A stretch of 64,000 nt of DNA, taken from assembly GCA_964035545.1 (NCBI GenBank), contig OZ037769.1:5499929-5563928 (forward strand). The letters run 5' to 3'. Position numbers and translations under genes: made by a program. Shown here one piece after another: positions 37,318-50,772 of the stretch. Under the pieces are notes generated by a model. That model did not search any database. It was not told the origin of the DNA and saw only the letters and a list, made by a program, of their open reading frames with translations. This DNA comes from Bugula neritina. Taxonomy: Eukaryota > Animalia > Bryozoa. Within the stretch, counting starts at the first letter, position 1; each line of letters opens with the position of its first letter.

Positions 37318-40300
37318 ATGAGTGTGGGCCATGCCGATATGTCCGACTCTAATTCGTTATCAGGTATGAAAGTTTTATCACACTTCTAAATTTAGTCTCT
37401 TATGAATTATCAAATTGAGGTTTTGCCTTTGAGCAGTTTTTACTATGGTGTAATATTTAGACTATATGATGAAAGTATGTAACTTAGGCGGGTAGTTTTG
37501 TTTAATGCAATATACAATGTAGTCTAAATGTTCTTTTTATAAAAATAGTATGTTTCCAAATATTAAAGTTTACTAATGTTTCTTGCAATACATAAAAATT
37601 TGTGATATTTTATTTAGACATTGAGCAGGAAACTAATATTGATGACGTGGATACTGATGACGTTGAAGGTATGGCTCCTAAATTTATTGTAATATTTATG
37701 TGACGTCATGTATTTAATAGTTTGCCATTTCAAAGCACCATTGGTTCTAACACTAAAATAACTGAACCTGTATTCAGAGTTTGCTGTGGTTTTTATAAGC
37801 CAATTTTTATGGTGACCCAGGAAATTTTTTTAGTTTGAGTTATAGAAACAAATATTCCAAATTACTGGAAATATATTATAATGTTGATTACAACAGATGA
37901 TATAGCATCGCCATATTTATTATATTTCGGAGATTGCTCATAAGTTCAAGTTGGCACTTTGGTGTCTGTCGTAATCAATAACTTAATGATTTTTTGTTGA
38001 TTTTAATTATAATGAAAATTTTATCCCAAATCCATATTTTAAAATAAATCCATTCTCTTATATGGTAAATTCTGTTTTACATGTGTTCACTTGTTACAAC
38101 CAAATGTTATTTCACCAGCTGAAAGCTCAGAAGAGCTGGATTCTGAGTCAACCCCAGGTGACGTCTGACTGACTGACTGACTGTCTGAATGACTTATGAC
38201 TCATTCTGTTGCTAACGTAGATAGTGTGTCACGTGAACTACTCTGAAAATTTCATCATATCACATGTTTTCAAAGTGCAGTGTGGTGCCCTGTGTTTTCT
38301 ACATTTCATCAGCATGTTTTTCTCATTTCTCACTTTAAATTTCAATTTTAATTTTAATCATTTCTAAGCTTTCAGCTTGACTTAATTTTTAAAAATAGGT
38401 TGGTCAATCTGAGACAATAAAATATTTTTTTTTGCAATAACTATGCTTTAATTTGATCTAGTATTCCTAAAAATCAGACATATTTAATTTGATTTAAATC
38501 TATTGTGTATAATGTATTTGCTTTCTATGGTGTAGACTGTAGCGGTTTTACAAAATATTAACATCGTTGTATTCTATGAAGCTTTTCAATTTTAGACTAA
38601 ATTGATAAACATTCTGAAAGATTGCCATATTTAGAGTTCAAATTGAGGCTTGAAGTCTTTTTTTGCCTGATAGAATTGAATTACTGTTTTCAATACAATT
38701 AAACTGTGAGTTGAGTTAGTTTTAGACTGAAATAAGTTGATATTTTGAAAAAAATATATTGTTTGCTTCCAAATACTTTCGCTAACATTTCTTTTATAAG
38801 TTGGTGGTCTTGAAAAGGATCATTGGGGTTTGTTTATATGGTTTCGTACATGGCTGGCAATTTATTAAAAGCATATGCTGCTGTATATGGTCAGGGTAAT
38901 GCTTGTCACATTTTTTTCTCTGAACCATCTGCTAGTTAGCTTTTAACTGAGCTTAACTTTATCACCTTTAAAATTTCGTTAAATTTGTTTGAAAATTGCA
39001 GTCAATCATCTTAAAGAAAATTGTTTGGTCAAAGAAGTAAGACTGCAGTTTTTTGCTTAAAGTTATCTCAGACTTCAAAATAAGATTTGTCTCCCCAGTG
39101 CTTGTTAAATTAGTTCAGCTTCACTTTGAGATACATTTTTGAGCTCATTACAACTATAATAATATTTACTCTGATTTAATTTCTTGTTATACAAGACAAA
39201 AGTGTATAATAAATTCTTCCGTTTCATATAATGTGTCTGATATCCTAACGGTACCATGTGTTGTACATGAGAAAATGTATATTATACTCTCTGTCTGCTT
39301 GCTCATCCCCATATCATATTACAGTGGAGATAACTTCTCAAACTCCTCTCAGACCTGTCAGTGAAGAAGAGGCTCGGAGTAATTCCCCGTTTGTTCCTAC
39401 TGAAGAGGAGACACCACCTACTTTAGAAAGTTCTAGACTTCCTAGCTACTCGGCGGCTCAAAAGTCTCAGGGAGGAAGACTCCCACCGCTACGGCCACCT
39501 AGCTATCATCAAGCTCTCCTTCAACTTGGTATGAACTGCTGTAAACTATGTTTGTATGCTTTACTTATTTCTGCTACCTTTGGTTAAATATCAGGCCAAG
39601 TTTGATTATTATTATTTTATTTTGGTTAGTTTGTAATAGTGTGTGGACCAGGCGTGGTTAGTGCAGTGGTTAATGGGGTGTCGTACATTTTTGCTGGACT
39701 TTATTCCGCTATAGATACAAGTTTTTTTAAGACTTTGTAAAACTTATGTCCAGCATGAATAGTGAGTGTATCGGGGTGTTGGTATCCCGTGAAATTCTCC
39801 AAATCTTAACTATTCATGACACACTTCATTTATGCAGTAATAAAATATTTATATATATATATATATATATACATATATATATACATATATATATACATAT
39901 ATATATACATATATATATACATATATATATACATATATATATACATATATATATACATATATATATACATATATATATCTTAGTTATCATCTACAGACAG
40001 TTTGTGGGCTGTATGCTCAAACTTTGCTTAAAGGAATTTTTTTGCTCACAATAATGACATTTCCTTGAGTCCATAGCATTAGTTATGATAGCTAATTTTC
40101 ATTACATGTTATTCTTGACTGTTACAACTTACAGCTTTTTTGCTGAGCTGACTTGAAAGTTCAAGCATGAGGTATATGTGAATATTTTAATACTGCTTAT
40201 ATGAAGTGTGTCAGGGGCTCTTTAAGTAAAATTCCTCCACTAACTAATATTTGTACTAACCTGGGCGTCAGTGAATCAAATGGTTTACAATGCTGATTTT

Positions 40301-43300
40301 CCGTTTGAGTTTTACCACCTGTTTTATTTTTGTACAAAGTATTTCATACTTTTCCATTCTGGAGAACAATCTTCACTGAAATCACTCGAATGATACCAAC
40401 GGGTAACTGCTTTTCAAAACTTTTGCTCGCCAAAAGTCTTAATACTCGGGCTACTTTCTCTGAGGATTGTTGTCTTGTTAGAGTCGTGTTCTTGAAAGTT
40501 TAAATTTGTAGTGTGAGTTTCATTTAAAATGTTTTGGATCAATGTTGCACGTTTTGTTGCTGCTAATACGCTTGCCTCCCGCTGGCTTGCTCATGCTGTG
40601 ATAGCTGTATGGTCTCTTAGAGTGCCGTACAAGGCCTGCACCAGAATCTGACAGCTCTTCTGCTGATGAGTCAACCACTCTTTTAACTTCCACAGTTTTA
40701 GCTTCCACTTCACCACCAAATGGTTAGTTGCATGTCCAGCTACTGTCACCCCCAGTCTGTTCATTTGCACCTTTTCACTCAGTAGATAGACATTAATGTA
40801 GTAATATATAAATAGACAATAACTGTGTTATTATTTTATGCATGTCCTTGGTAAAGCACCTGGTTTCAAGTTTGTACTACCCAACAGTTTCACTTAATGC
40901 TTGCTGGTTATTCGCACCATACTAGACCTTAGTGGGAAATATCATGTTAAGTTCATATTACAGATATTACATATCAAGGGTATTTTGTATTTGTTATTAA
41001 TATTACTAATAATTTTTCCCAGGAGTCATTGTTTTGAAGTTACCTGATATAATACATACGTGTGCTTTGTTGTAATATCTGTTGCTGGGTTTCACAAAAC
41101 TGCTACTTTTTTATAACAATTTTCCATCATTCTTTCAAAAACTGTTCCGTTTCAATTATTTAGTGGTACAACTATTGTTTCACTTAGTTGTGTTTATGTG
41201 TCAAGTTATCTAGCTTGTTATCCTGTTGTTTGCAACAGGTAAACAAGATGTGGAGTTACAAGAACTCAACGACACTGAACATGGGGACACCCACCCTCTC
41301 CCTCCCTCCTATAATATAGCTGTTTCTAGAGTAGCGGCTGGTATATCCACTCCTTCCAGAGTAGCGGCTGGCACATCCACTCCTGTGGATACAGCTACCT
41401 TGACTGAGGAAGAAACTAGATTTTCTGTAGTAGACCCTGGCACTGCGGGGGCTGCCAAGCCACCCCCTAACTATGAACATATCGGTAGGCTAGTTTTCAG
41501 ACTCGTTTTCTTTTTTACGAATAGAAAGTTACTGGCACTAAAGCATAAATTTAATTTAAATTTTGTAATTTTCTTCTGAAAAATATTTCATCACTATTCT
41601 TATTTTCTTCATGACTCTTTACTTCAAACTTATTATGCGGTCATTAAGTATTTTCTTCCCAGTGAATGCATCTAGATGTTGATAAACCTGATAAATATAT
41701 AAATATTTAGGGGCTTCAAAATGTACTACATTCAACTATTTAATTATTTTGATATCTATAGTAGTAATTGTTTAAATATGTGCGCATAGGATACTGAAAC
41801 CCTCCAAAGTTGTACATATGTATTATATCTGGTAGCTGAAGATGAGCAAGTGGATCAAGATACCACTTCTACTGGTGAAGATGCCGAACAGGGTTCCTCT
41901 AGAAGAACGTCTGTGGACCATGACTCATCAACTGGACTCAGGTTTATGTTAGTATATTTATAGAGCTTCTCTTTAGATGTTAACATTGTATTGTGTCGTA
42001 GTAATTTGTTTTATTCACTTTTTCCTTTTGGTAGGAGGGCCATTCGGCGGCTTAGAGAGAGAGGTTCATTGCAAGACTCCACTAAGAAGAAGATCATTAT
42101 TGTTTGTGTGGTTGTCAGTCTGGTGGTATTGTTTGTGGCTCTTTTTCCTTTCCAATTTAGTTATGTGGAGTATCACCAGGTATTACAATAGACATGTTAT
42201 ATATTATACAGTAGACATGTTATATATTATACAGTAGATATGATATATATTATACGGTAGACATGTTATATATTATATAGTAGACATGTTATATATTATA
42301 CAGTAGACATGTTATATATTATACAGTAGACATGTTATATATTATACAGTAGACATGTTATATATTATACAGTAGACATGTTATATATTATACAGTAGAC
42401 ATCGTATATATTATACAGTAGATATGATATATATTATACAGTAGATATGTTATATATTATACAGTAGACATGTTATATATTATACAGTAGACATGTTATA
42501 TATAGCAATATCTTTTTTCAAATTTTACATTTAAGCATATACATAGTTCACAGTTAAGCGTAAGATATATGCATTATACACAAAATCCTTCTCACAAATG
42601 CATGTTATCTCTCCTATGTACACTTTATTGTAGTTTGCATTAGTAAGAAGGAAGTCTACTGGTAGAGTAGCCACTGACCGCGTCTACCAACATGGCTGCT
42701 ATGTTCTCGGAGCTGACAGAGAGTTCGTATACCTCGACCGATCTATACACGTTGTAGAATTCACAAATCTCGGCATGTTCACCAAGGACAACGTAGACGT
42801 GGCTATCAATGTAGAGGTTTTGTATTTCCTACAGTAAGTGAAATTTGAACATATTTATAACTAAATGTTGTCAAAGTAAGTTTTTCATATTATTATTATA
42901 ATATTAGATAATGAAGGCATCTAGTCTGCTCTAGCTATACTTTCAGTATACAATTCAGTCATTTCAAGAGCGAAAGAAACTGATATCATTGAAGGAGATG
43001 AAGCTCCAATCCTTTTATTCGATTGGAAAAAGGGTTTTTGTTTGTTTCTATGATAACTTCACATCAAATTATTAAAAATCATAACTTCATTAGATGGCCT
43101 CTTGGAAATTTTTAAAGAACACTTATCAGCAAATAACAAAGTTGCTTTTAAAGGAACTTGGTTACATTTGTGCAGTATTAGAATGCCCACTAATGACTAT
43201 TATCTTGAGTATCGGACAAATAAAATTTTAGGGTTGTATGCTCATACATATTGGCTTTATATAGATGTTGTGTATACATGTCTTGGCATGCTGATGACAT

Positions 43301-44855
43301 TGCGGGTTATCGGATGATACTGAATATTATTTGCTAAAGAACTCATTACGTGTAGATTTTTTCTGGTCACATGATTTACACTCTCACAGCTGTGATGATC
43401 ACACTTTAGGTATGAAAGTATTGGGAAACTATGGGAGGACTACGCAGGTAACTACTCTCATGTTATTGAGGCTGCTGTCAAGACTACAATACGAAACTAT
43501 GGGCCGTACTTGTCCCAAGACGATTACTTGTTGAGGCGGGAACACGTAGAGGAAGTCATCCATGAAACTCTCAAACTCAAGTTCTGTAAGTTCAGTTTTT
43601 ACTTGTTATTGAGATGTAATGTAATACATATATATGCAGTGTTCCTTCCATGTCTCACTAAGCTGTGGGTCCCAAAACCTCAATTCGTGACATAGTAGAA
43701 TACCAGATTTAACTCACGGATCTGTTAAATTCAGCCATTTTGTCCTTGTACACACATACATAAGCCACAAAACAAGGGTCCAAGGTCTTTTCGCGACCTG
43801 TGGAATTTCAGGAGAAATGGAACTGTGATATATGGAGGGAGCACTGTATTAATCTTGCAAAACAATAGCTATAGCACCAATATGCCGAGTGCAAAACTAA
43901 CAGTTGCAGTAAAACAAATGCCAGAACTATGTCATCAGGCTGTAATAACACAGTGAATAAAGTCAATTTTAATTGCAGCTGGATGGGGAATAAATATCTA
44001 TTTGTTCAACTACCAGAACCTGCATCTGCCCACACGAATTCTGGAGAAGAAACTACAGTTACTAGTCATCAAAACCGAGATTGAAAAGGAACATTCGTAT
44101 CAAAAACAGAGAGAAATCGAGTTACAGACTGAGTTGTTGACAACTTCTACTAGATATAAAGGTGATAAATTTAATTAGTAAATTTCTAGATTAGTAAATA
44201 AAAATATGGTGTGCTTTGATGATTAGCATATTAGGAATATAAGGTTAATGTTGCAAGGTATTGCTGCCCGTATTCTATTCATTCATATTAAATAACCACC
44301 TTCTGGTGATGAGTTTATCACCCGCTCCAGACTCTCGTTCACTTTCTAGATTTGCCGATTGCCAACTCTCATATCTTGAGTTCTGTAGCTATGATGAAAA
44401 ATCAATTTAACAGTAACGGCAGAGTATCACAGTGCAGCTTGATGAATGTGAAGCTGCAACTAATCATTATTACTAATAGGTGTAGTAAAATTGTACAACA
44501 GCAATATCTAGCTGGACAAGACTTGCTGAAGTTATGATTTTACCAATAAATTATGAGCCATCTCATATTCAAGCAATGTTACTAATATCCCTATACACAT
44601 ATTGTAGCCAAGGAGGCAATCAACAATGGAACAGCCCAAGCTTCAGCTATCAGAACAATTGCAGAAACAGAAAAGTTTCAGCATGTAGAACTTGCTCATT
44701 CAAAGGCTTTCAGATCTATGATGGAAACTCTAAATGTAACTCAAATGGATCATGCCCTTTCTTTCTACTACTTAGCCATGCTCGACACAATAGACCATTT
44801 TGCTGGCAGTTTTGAGTACTCAAAGCGTGGCTTGTACACACCCAAAGGGATTTAA
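37318..44855 (+). CDS. Type II membrane SPFH/band-7 domain protein with a PY-motif-rich disordered N-terminus (about 581 aa, 12 coding exons)
   Basis: Exons 37318-37363, 37618-37668, 38119-38157, 39325-39528, 40621-40722, 41239-41484, 41836-41941, 42035-42179, 42634-42833, 43410-43585, 43979-44161 and 44608-44855; total 1746 nt, open frame. TM segment [23 protein letters not shown], then [18 protein letters not shown]...[17 protein letters not shown]...[13 protein letters not shown] and an Ala/Glu-rich helical tail typical of SPFH proteins. The N-terminal exons are less certain than the C-terminal ones. Confidence 0.75.
39850..39977. repeat. (TATATATATACA)n microsatellite
   Basis: Directly visible 12-bp period. 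Confidence 0.95.
42189..42503 (+). repeat. 23-bp minisatellite (TAGACATGTTATATATTATACAG, about 13.7 copies)
   Basis: Directly visible; starts 9 nt after the exon-8 donor of the SPFH gene. Confidence 0.95.
43637..43846. mobile_element. Tc1/mariner (pogo/Tigger-like) MITE
   Basis: TIRs CAGTGTTCCTTCCATGTCTCAC / GTGATATATGGAGGGAGCACTG, flanked by TG and TA (degenerate TA TSD). Confidence 0.65.
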
Positions 44856-45166
44856 AACAGGCTCAACTTGAAATTTTTTTCTCATCTGTGATCTACTTTT
44901 CTATAGTATGCTTCATCAAACTTGTAAATACTTTTCCACCAATAGTTTTATAGTTGTATTTATTAAATGTTACCTATAATTTCTGTTTTGTAATACAAAT
45001 TTGCTTATGGACAATGTATTTGCTTTCACGTAATTAACATGAAAATGTTTTGTGTAGACAAAAATCATTGCAATAATTTAAAATACACCACCTGTACTAC
45101 AGTACTAGACAAGTTCAGTTGATAAGTTTCAAAGTTGTATTTCAAATAAGATGTTATACAAATGAA

Positions 45167-45587
45167 TTAACCAAAGAGATCAAATCCCATGTCATCATCA
45201 GATTCAGATTCTGGCTCAGGTTTCTTTTCTTCTTTTGGTGCTTCTGCAGCAGCACCTCCAGCAGCGGGAGCTGCTGATGCACCACCGCCGCCACCTCCTG
45301 ATGGCATGGAGGCAAGTTTACCCATGCCTAGAAAAAAAGATAGTTTATTAATTCCATAAAAATACTCATCACTACTTCAGCTTAGAAAATATTCAACATA
45401 ATCAGTAAAAGTTACCTTCTTCAATTAGCTCATCTACATTTTTGCCTTTCAAGTTATCTACAACTAATTTCAGCTGTTTATCGTCAGCTTCAATTCCAAC
45501 ACTGCTCAAGATAGATTTGATGTCGGAGGAAGAAGGGGACTCATTTCCCCCCAGAACAGCCAGCAGGTATGCAGCTACGTAACGCAT
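45167..45587 (-). CDS. RPLP2: 60S acidic ribosomal protein P2
   Basis: Coding exons 45587-45416 and 45327-45167: [15 protein letters not shown]...[11 protein letters not shown]...[14 protein letters not shown]. Confidence 0.96.
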
Positions 45588-46274
45588 GCTACAACGAATC
45601 AGAGACTACATCATAGAGGGCGTTATAAAACAAGCATATTCATATTGCTAATGCTAGTAGTTGAATGAACTAATTTTGCTGATGCCATTTTAATTCTATT
45701 AGTAATACTTTTCGACCTAGTACTTGTAGAACATATTTCAATATATATAATTATAAATTATAATCAAAATGTTGTATTTATGAGTATTTATAAGAAATTA
45801 TATAAATATCCAATTCCAATGATTATAAAATAATCATAATGTAGTCACTGTTTTAGCAATTACTTTTACATAATGCCAGTGAATGTGATGCAACATTTCT
45901 GTTTTTAATTCTCTTACAACTACAGAAGCACACTTCACGTTGAATTCCAATGACTACTGATACGAATAAAACCATCACCATGTCATTGCGATTGTTAAAC
46001 CCGTAATATTTTGAAACTGGTGACCAAAATAATGTTTCCAAAAGTAAAATTAATTTTGTCAATAAAATACTAAACGCAAAATTATATTGCTTTTACTTTG
46101 AGTTTGACTTTTGGTGATTCACCATGAGTTTGACTTTCAGTTACACTATCATTATTTTATTATAAACTATACGGGTGTTCTGAATGCTAATACAGACTAC
46201 TTCATACAAATATACCAAACTAAAACCACGTAAAATATCACTATAAATTGTGTCAATGATCCATAAATACTTAC

Positions 46275-46345
46275 TTTAAGTCGTTTGATGACACGAAACG
46301 TACAAAGCACACCTGATTTCTTTAGTCAGGATTTCGTAAAGGAAG
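46275..46345 (-). promoter_or_regulatory. Non-coding first exon of RPLP2 with a TCT/5'TOP pyrimidine initiator
   Basis: Minus-strand CTTCCTTT at 46345-46338, donor AAA|gtaagt at 46275/46274 and acceptor gttgtag|CATG at 45588. This is typical ribosomal-protein gene architecture. Confidence 0.7.
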
Positions 46346-46563
46346 TGGAAGGGTGCGCAAATTAAAGTTGAAAATGTGTAGCTATGATCTCTTATTTACG
46401 CAAATGAATCAATTAATGTACAGTCGAGTTTCATTGAAAGACATCGTGTGAAAATAATTCTAAGGCTAATTGAGTAATTGCAATAATGTTATTGGGTGCC
46501 TACACCACAACCCTCTAAATAGACTTCACAATAACTAAAGTCTACAACTTAGCTACTGCCGAC

Positions 46564-46989
46564 CAGTGTGGTATATTAAGAGTGTTGACTTTAAACCATG
46601 AAAAATCATTATGTCGCTAATGGTACCGCGAGTTTATATAAGTTATAAAGGAAAAATTTTGCCACTTTTGTGATTTTATTTTTTTTTTATATTATGTGTC
46701 CATTTTTTTTAGTTTTGTTCATTGGTAAAGTTTTTAAACATATTTTCAATACATGTAAAATTTTAAAAATAATTAAAACTTAATCATGCACGTAAATACA
46801 AAGCTATAAAGTTTAAGCTTCGCTGTGATTACAATGTGAATATGAATTGAATAATGCTTGCAATAACCATTTTACACAAAATACGTTACAGTTGCTATAA
46901 ATGTAAGACTAGTAAATTGGATGCAAATAGGCACGGTAATACTATTTAATTTGTGCTATTTTTGAAATTTGTAGTAAATATTCGGCATG

Positions 46990-47083
<94 letters not shown>

Positions 47084-48282
47084 TATAATAATATATTATA
47101 TATTTTTATATTATATATTGTTATATTATATATATATATATTATATAAGTATATTAATATTATATATAATATATATATTATAATAATATATTATATAATA
47201 TAATAATATAATATATTATTATATTATATATTATATTATATATATAATATATATATATAATATCATATAATATATATTATTATATTATATTATTTATAAT
47301 ATATATATATATATATTATAATAATATATTATATATTAATATATATTATATTATATTATATATATATAATATATTATACAAGTATAATAATATTATATAT
47401 AATATATATATATATATATTATAATAATATATATATTATAATAATATATTATATATTATTATATTATATATTATATTATATATATTATATGTATAATATC
47501 ATATATAATATATTATTATATTATAATATTATATTATATATTATATTATATATATATTATATATATATAATAATATCATATATAATATATAAAATATATT
47601 ATTATATTATATATTATATATATAATAATATCATATATAATATATTATTATATTATAATATTATATTATATATTATATTATATATATATTATATATATAT
47701 AATAATATCATATATAATATATAAAATATATTATTATATTTTATATTATATATATAATAATATCATATATAATATATATATATATATATTATAATAATAT
47801 ATATATTATAATAATATATTATATATTATTATATTATATATTATATTATATATATTATATGTATAATATCATATATAATATATTATTATATTATAATATT
47901 ATATTATATATTATATTATATATATATTATATATATATAATAATATCATATATAATATATAAAATATATTATTATATTATATATTATATATATAATAATA
48001 TCATATATAATATATTATTATATTATAATATTATATTATATATTATATTATATATATATTATATATATATAATAATATCATATATAATATATAAAATATA
48101 TTATTATATTTTATATTATATATATAATAATATCATATATAATATATTATTATATTATATATTAAATTATATACATTATATATATATAATGATATTATAT
48201 ATAATATATATATATACATATAATAATATTATATATTCATATATATATATATATAATAATATATATATATAATAATATATAT

Positions 48283-48346
<64 letters not shown>

Positions 48347-48783
48347 GCCAAATATTTACTACAAAATTCAAAAATAGCATAAATTAAGTAGTATTACCGT
48401 GCCTATTTGCATCCAATTAACTAGTCTTACATTTATAGCAACTGTAGCGTATTTTGTGTATAATGGTTATTGCAAGCATTATTCAATTCATATTCACATT
48501 GTAATCACAGCGAAGCTTTAACTTTATAGCTTTGTATTTATGTGCATGATTGAGTTTTAATTTTTCTTTTAATTTAATGTGCATTAAAAATGTGTTTAAA
48601 AACTTTACCAATAAACAAAATTAAAAAAAATGTACACATAAAATAGAAAAAAAATAAAATAACAAAAGTGGCAAAATTTTTCCAATATAACTTATATAAA
48701 CTCGCGGTACCAATCTCGGCATAATGGCGCCCATATGATTCCGTAAGATTTGCTAATGGCAACACTCTTAATATACCACACTG
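46564..48783. mobile_element. Non-autonomous foldback DNA transposon (hAT-like), 2220 bp
   Basis: Perfect 24-bp ends CAGTGTGGTATATTAAGAGTGTTG; imperfect inverted arms of about 430 bp (46564-46992 and 48341-48783); 8-bp TSD CTGCCGAC (46556-46563 and 48784-48791); no transposase. Confidence 0.9.
46993..48340. repeat. Near-pure A/T satellite core with 132-bp and 370-bp higher-order periods, bounded by (TA)n runs
   Basis: Landmark C residues at 47500/47632/47764 and 47870/48002/48134; landmark ATGT at about 47489 and 47859. Confidence 0.88.
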
Positions 48784-48789
48784 CTGCCG

Positions 48790-49600
48790 ACTAGTAGTAG
48801 CTCAGTTTAGTGGTAGTACTAGTAGTAGTGAACAGTAGTACTCCTTTCACTTTCATTTTCGCATTTGCATTTGAGGTCTGGCTTCAGTTAGACTTACAGT
48901 TGCTATTATAGTTAAACTTAATTCGTTAATCATAATCATAATGTTGTTAAATACTAATACTATTAGTATTACTATTAGTATTACTATTACTAATACTAAT
49001 ACTAATACTAATACTAATAGTAATAGTAATACTAATACTTATACTAATAGTAATAGTATTACTATTACTATTAGTAATAGTAATAGTAATACTATTACTA
49101 TTAGTATAAGTATTACTGTATTAGTATTACTATTAGTATTAGTATTAGTGTTACTATTAGGAGTATTACTATTACTATGTCTATTACATTTACTATAACT
49201 ATTAGTATTAGTATTAGACTGTTACTATTACTATTACTAATATTAATCATTAATCATTTAATCATTAATGTAATATTAGTATTACTATTACTATTACTAA
49301 TACTAATAGTATTAGTATTAGTTTAACTTTAAGTTAATCTTTATTTTATAATATTAATTATTGTTAAGACTGGGACTTTTACTTGGTATAAATAAATATC
49401 TATAACTATAAGTCTTACTCTTACTTTTAGTTTTAGTTTTAGACTTGAAGTTTTACGGTCTTACAGTTACAATTACAATTATTACTCTACTGGGTCTAGC
49501 AGTTGAACGATGAGAGAGAAAACAACACTTACTCTTAAGTCTTAGAGTAACTTAGTCTTTTAGTTATACTTATACTTATAGTTATTGCTTAACAGCAGCA
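48790..49600. repeat. Degenerate ACT/AGT-hexamer tract between RPLP2 and MED21
   Basis: (actaat/agtaat/agtatt/actatt)n, plus agtctt-actctt-actttt-agtttt. Confidence 0.85.
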
Positions 49601-50772
49601 TGCTGCGAGTCTTTATTCTGAAACAAAAATAAAAACCAGGGGCCTCCCAACAGATTACACGGAGAGAGGAAGTTCTATTTTACCCATCATAGCAGTTAAA
49701 AACATCAGGATTAAATGACAATAAATATGCTGAAAAATGTTATTATTTATATGTGCATTATGATTATTTATTAAATTTAAATGAATGTTACTGTAGGCAT
49801 GAGCTGAAAAAAAAATTAAATATAAATCATTAAATAATGCTAATTATTATATATGTATTGCTATAAATATGAACAATTAACTACAAGTTGTAAACAGTAA
49901 ATATCAGAATGTTTACTAGTTTATGGTTTATCTTAAGAAAAATTGTTGCCGCCATTACAATGGCCATTGGCTCACATTATGATTGTCCTTAAGATTAAGT
50001 AACATTGTTCGTATTGTCACTGCGATTGTAATTGAAACTCATAGTCATTGAGACAATGAGGTAGAATATCATTGTCATTATAATCACCAATTGAAATTAT
50101 TTTGATTAAAAATTAATACTTTTATTCTCATTCGTGGTAAATATCATTTTTTATTGTTGTGGATTACTTACAGTAATAAATAACAAGTCATTGATTTTTA
50201 ATTTGATATTGCTAATAAATGATGATAATTGCTATAACTAATGCCATAACTATTGAATTTTAATTTACAGTATTACTATTAGTATTTATTATTGGTATTA
50301 CCATTATTATTAGTGATACTATTACTATAATAACATTTATTAGACCACACTATACCTATTAATATCACTATGGCTATGACCACCACTATGACTAGATTTG
50401 GCAGTACATTTATCATTTATGATTTACTATTATTAGTATTAATTTTAAGTTTAATGAAAATGATAACTAAAAGTAAATCAAATTGTTAATGGCATGACTA
50501 TAGCTATGAGTAATCATAATCAATATCATAATGATATTGATCATCATAATCATAAAATTAAATTGAATCCTAATCATAATTATAATATAAGTCATAGTAA
50601 ATTCAATAATCAAAATTTAATCATGATTATATTTATATTAAATTTAATGACTGATTGTAATACTAATATCCAGTACTAGTACTCTGTATTACTGCTAATA
50701 GTAATACTAATAGTAGTGCTAATTACCCATAGTAAATTATATGTTTTTATTGCCAGGAAAGACTGTTGAAAG

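Noticed and set aside
45328-46274. Intronic C/D snoRNA in RPLP2
   Set aside because: No correctly ordered and spaced RTGATGA...CTGA pair with a terminal stem was found by eye; an Infernal/snoscan search would be decisive.
46953-49198. Ile/Tyr/Asn/Thr-rich ORFs
   Set aside because: Artefacts of the AT satellite and hexamer tracts.
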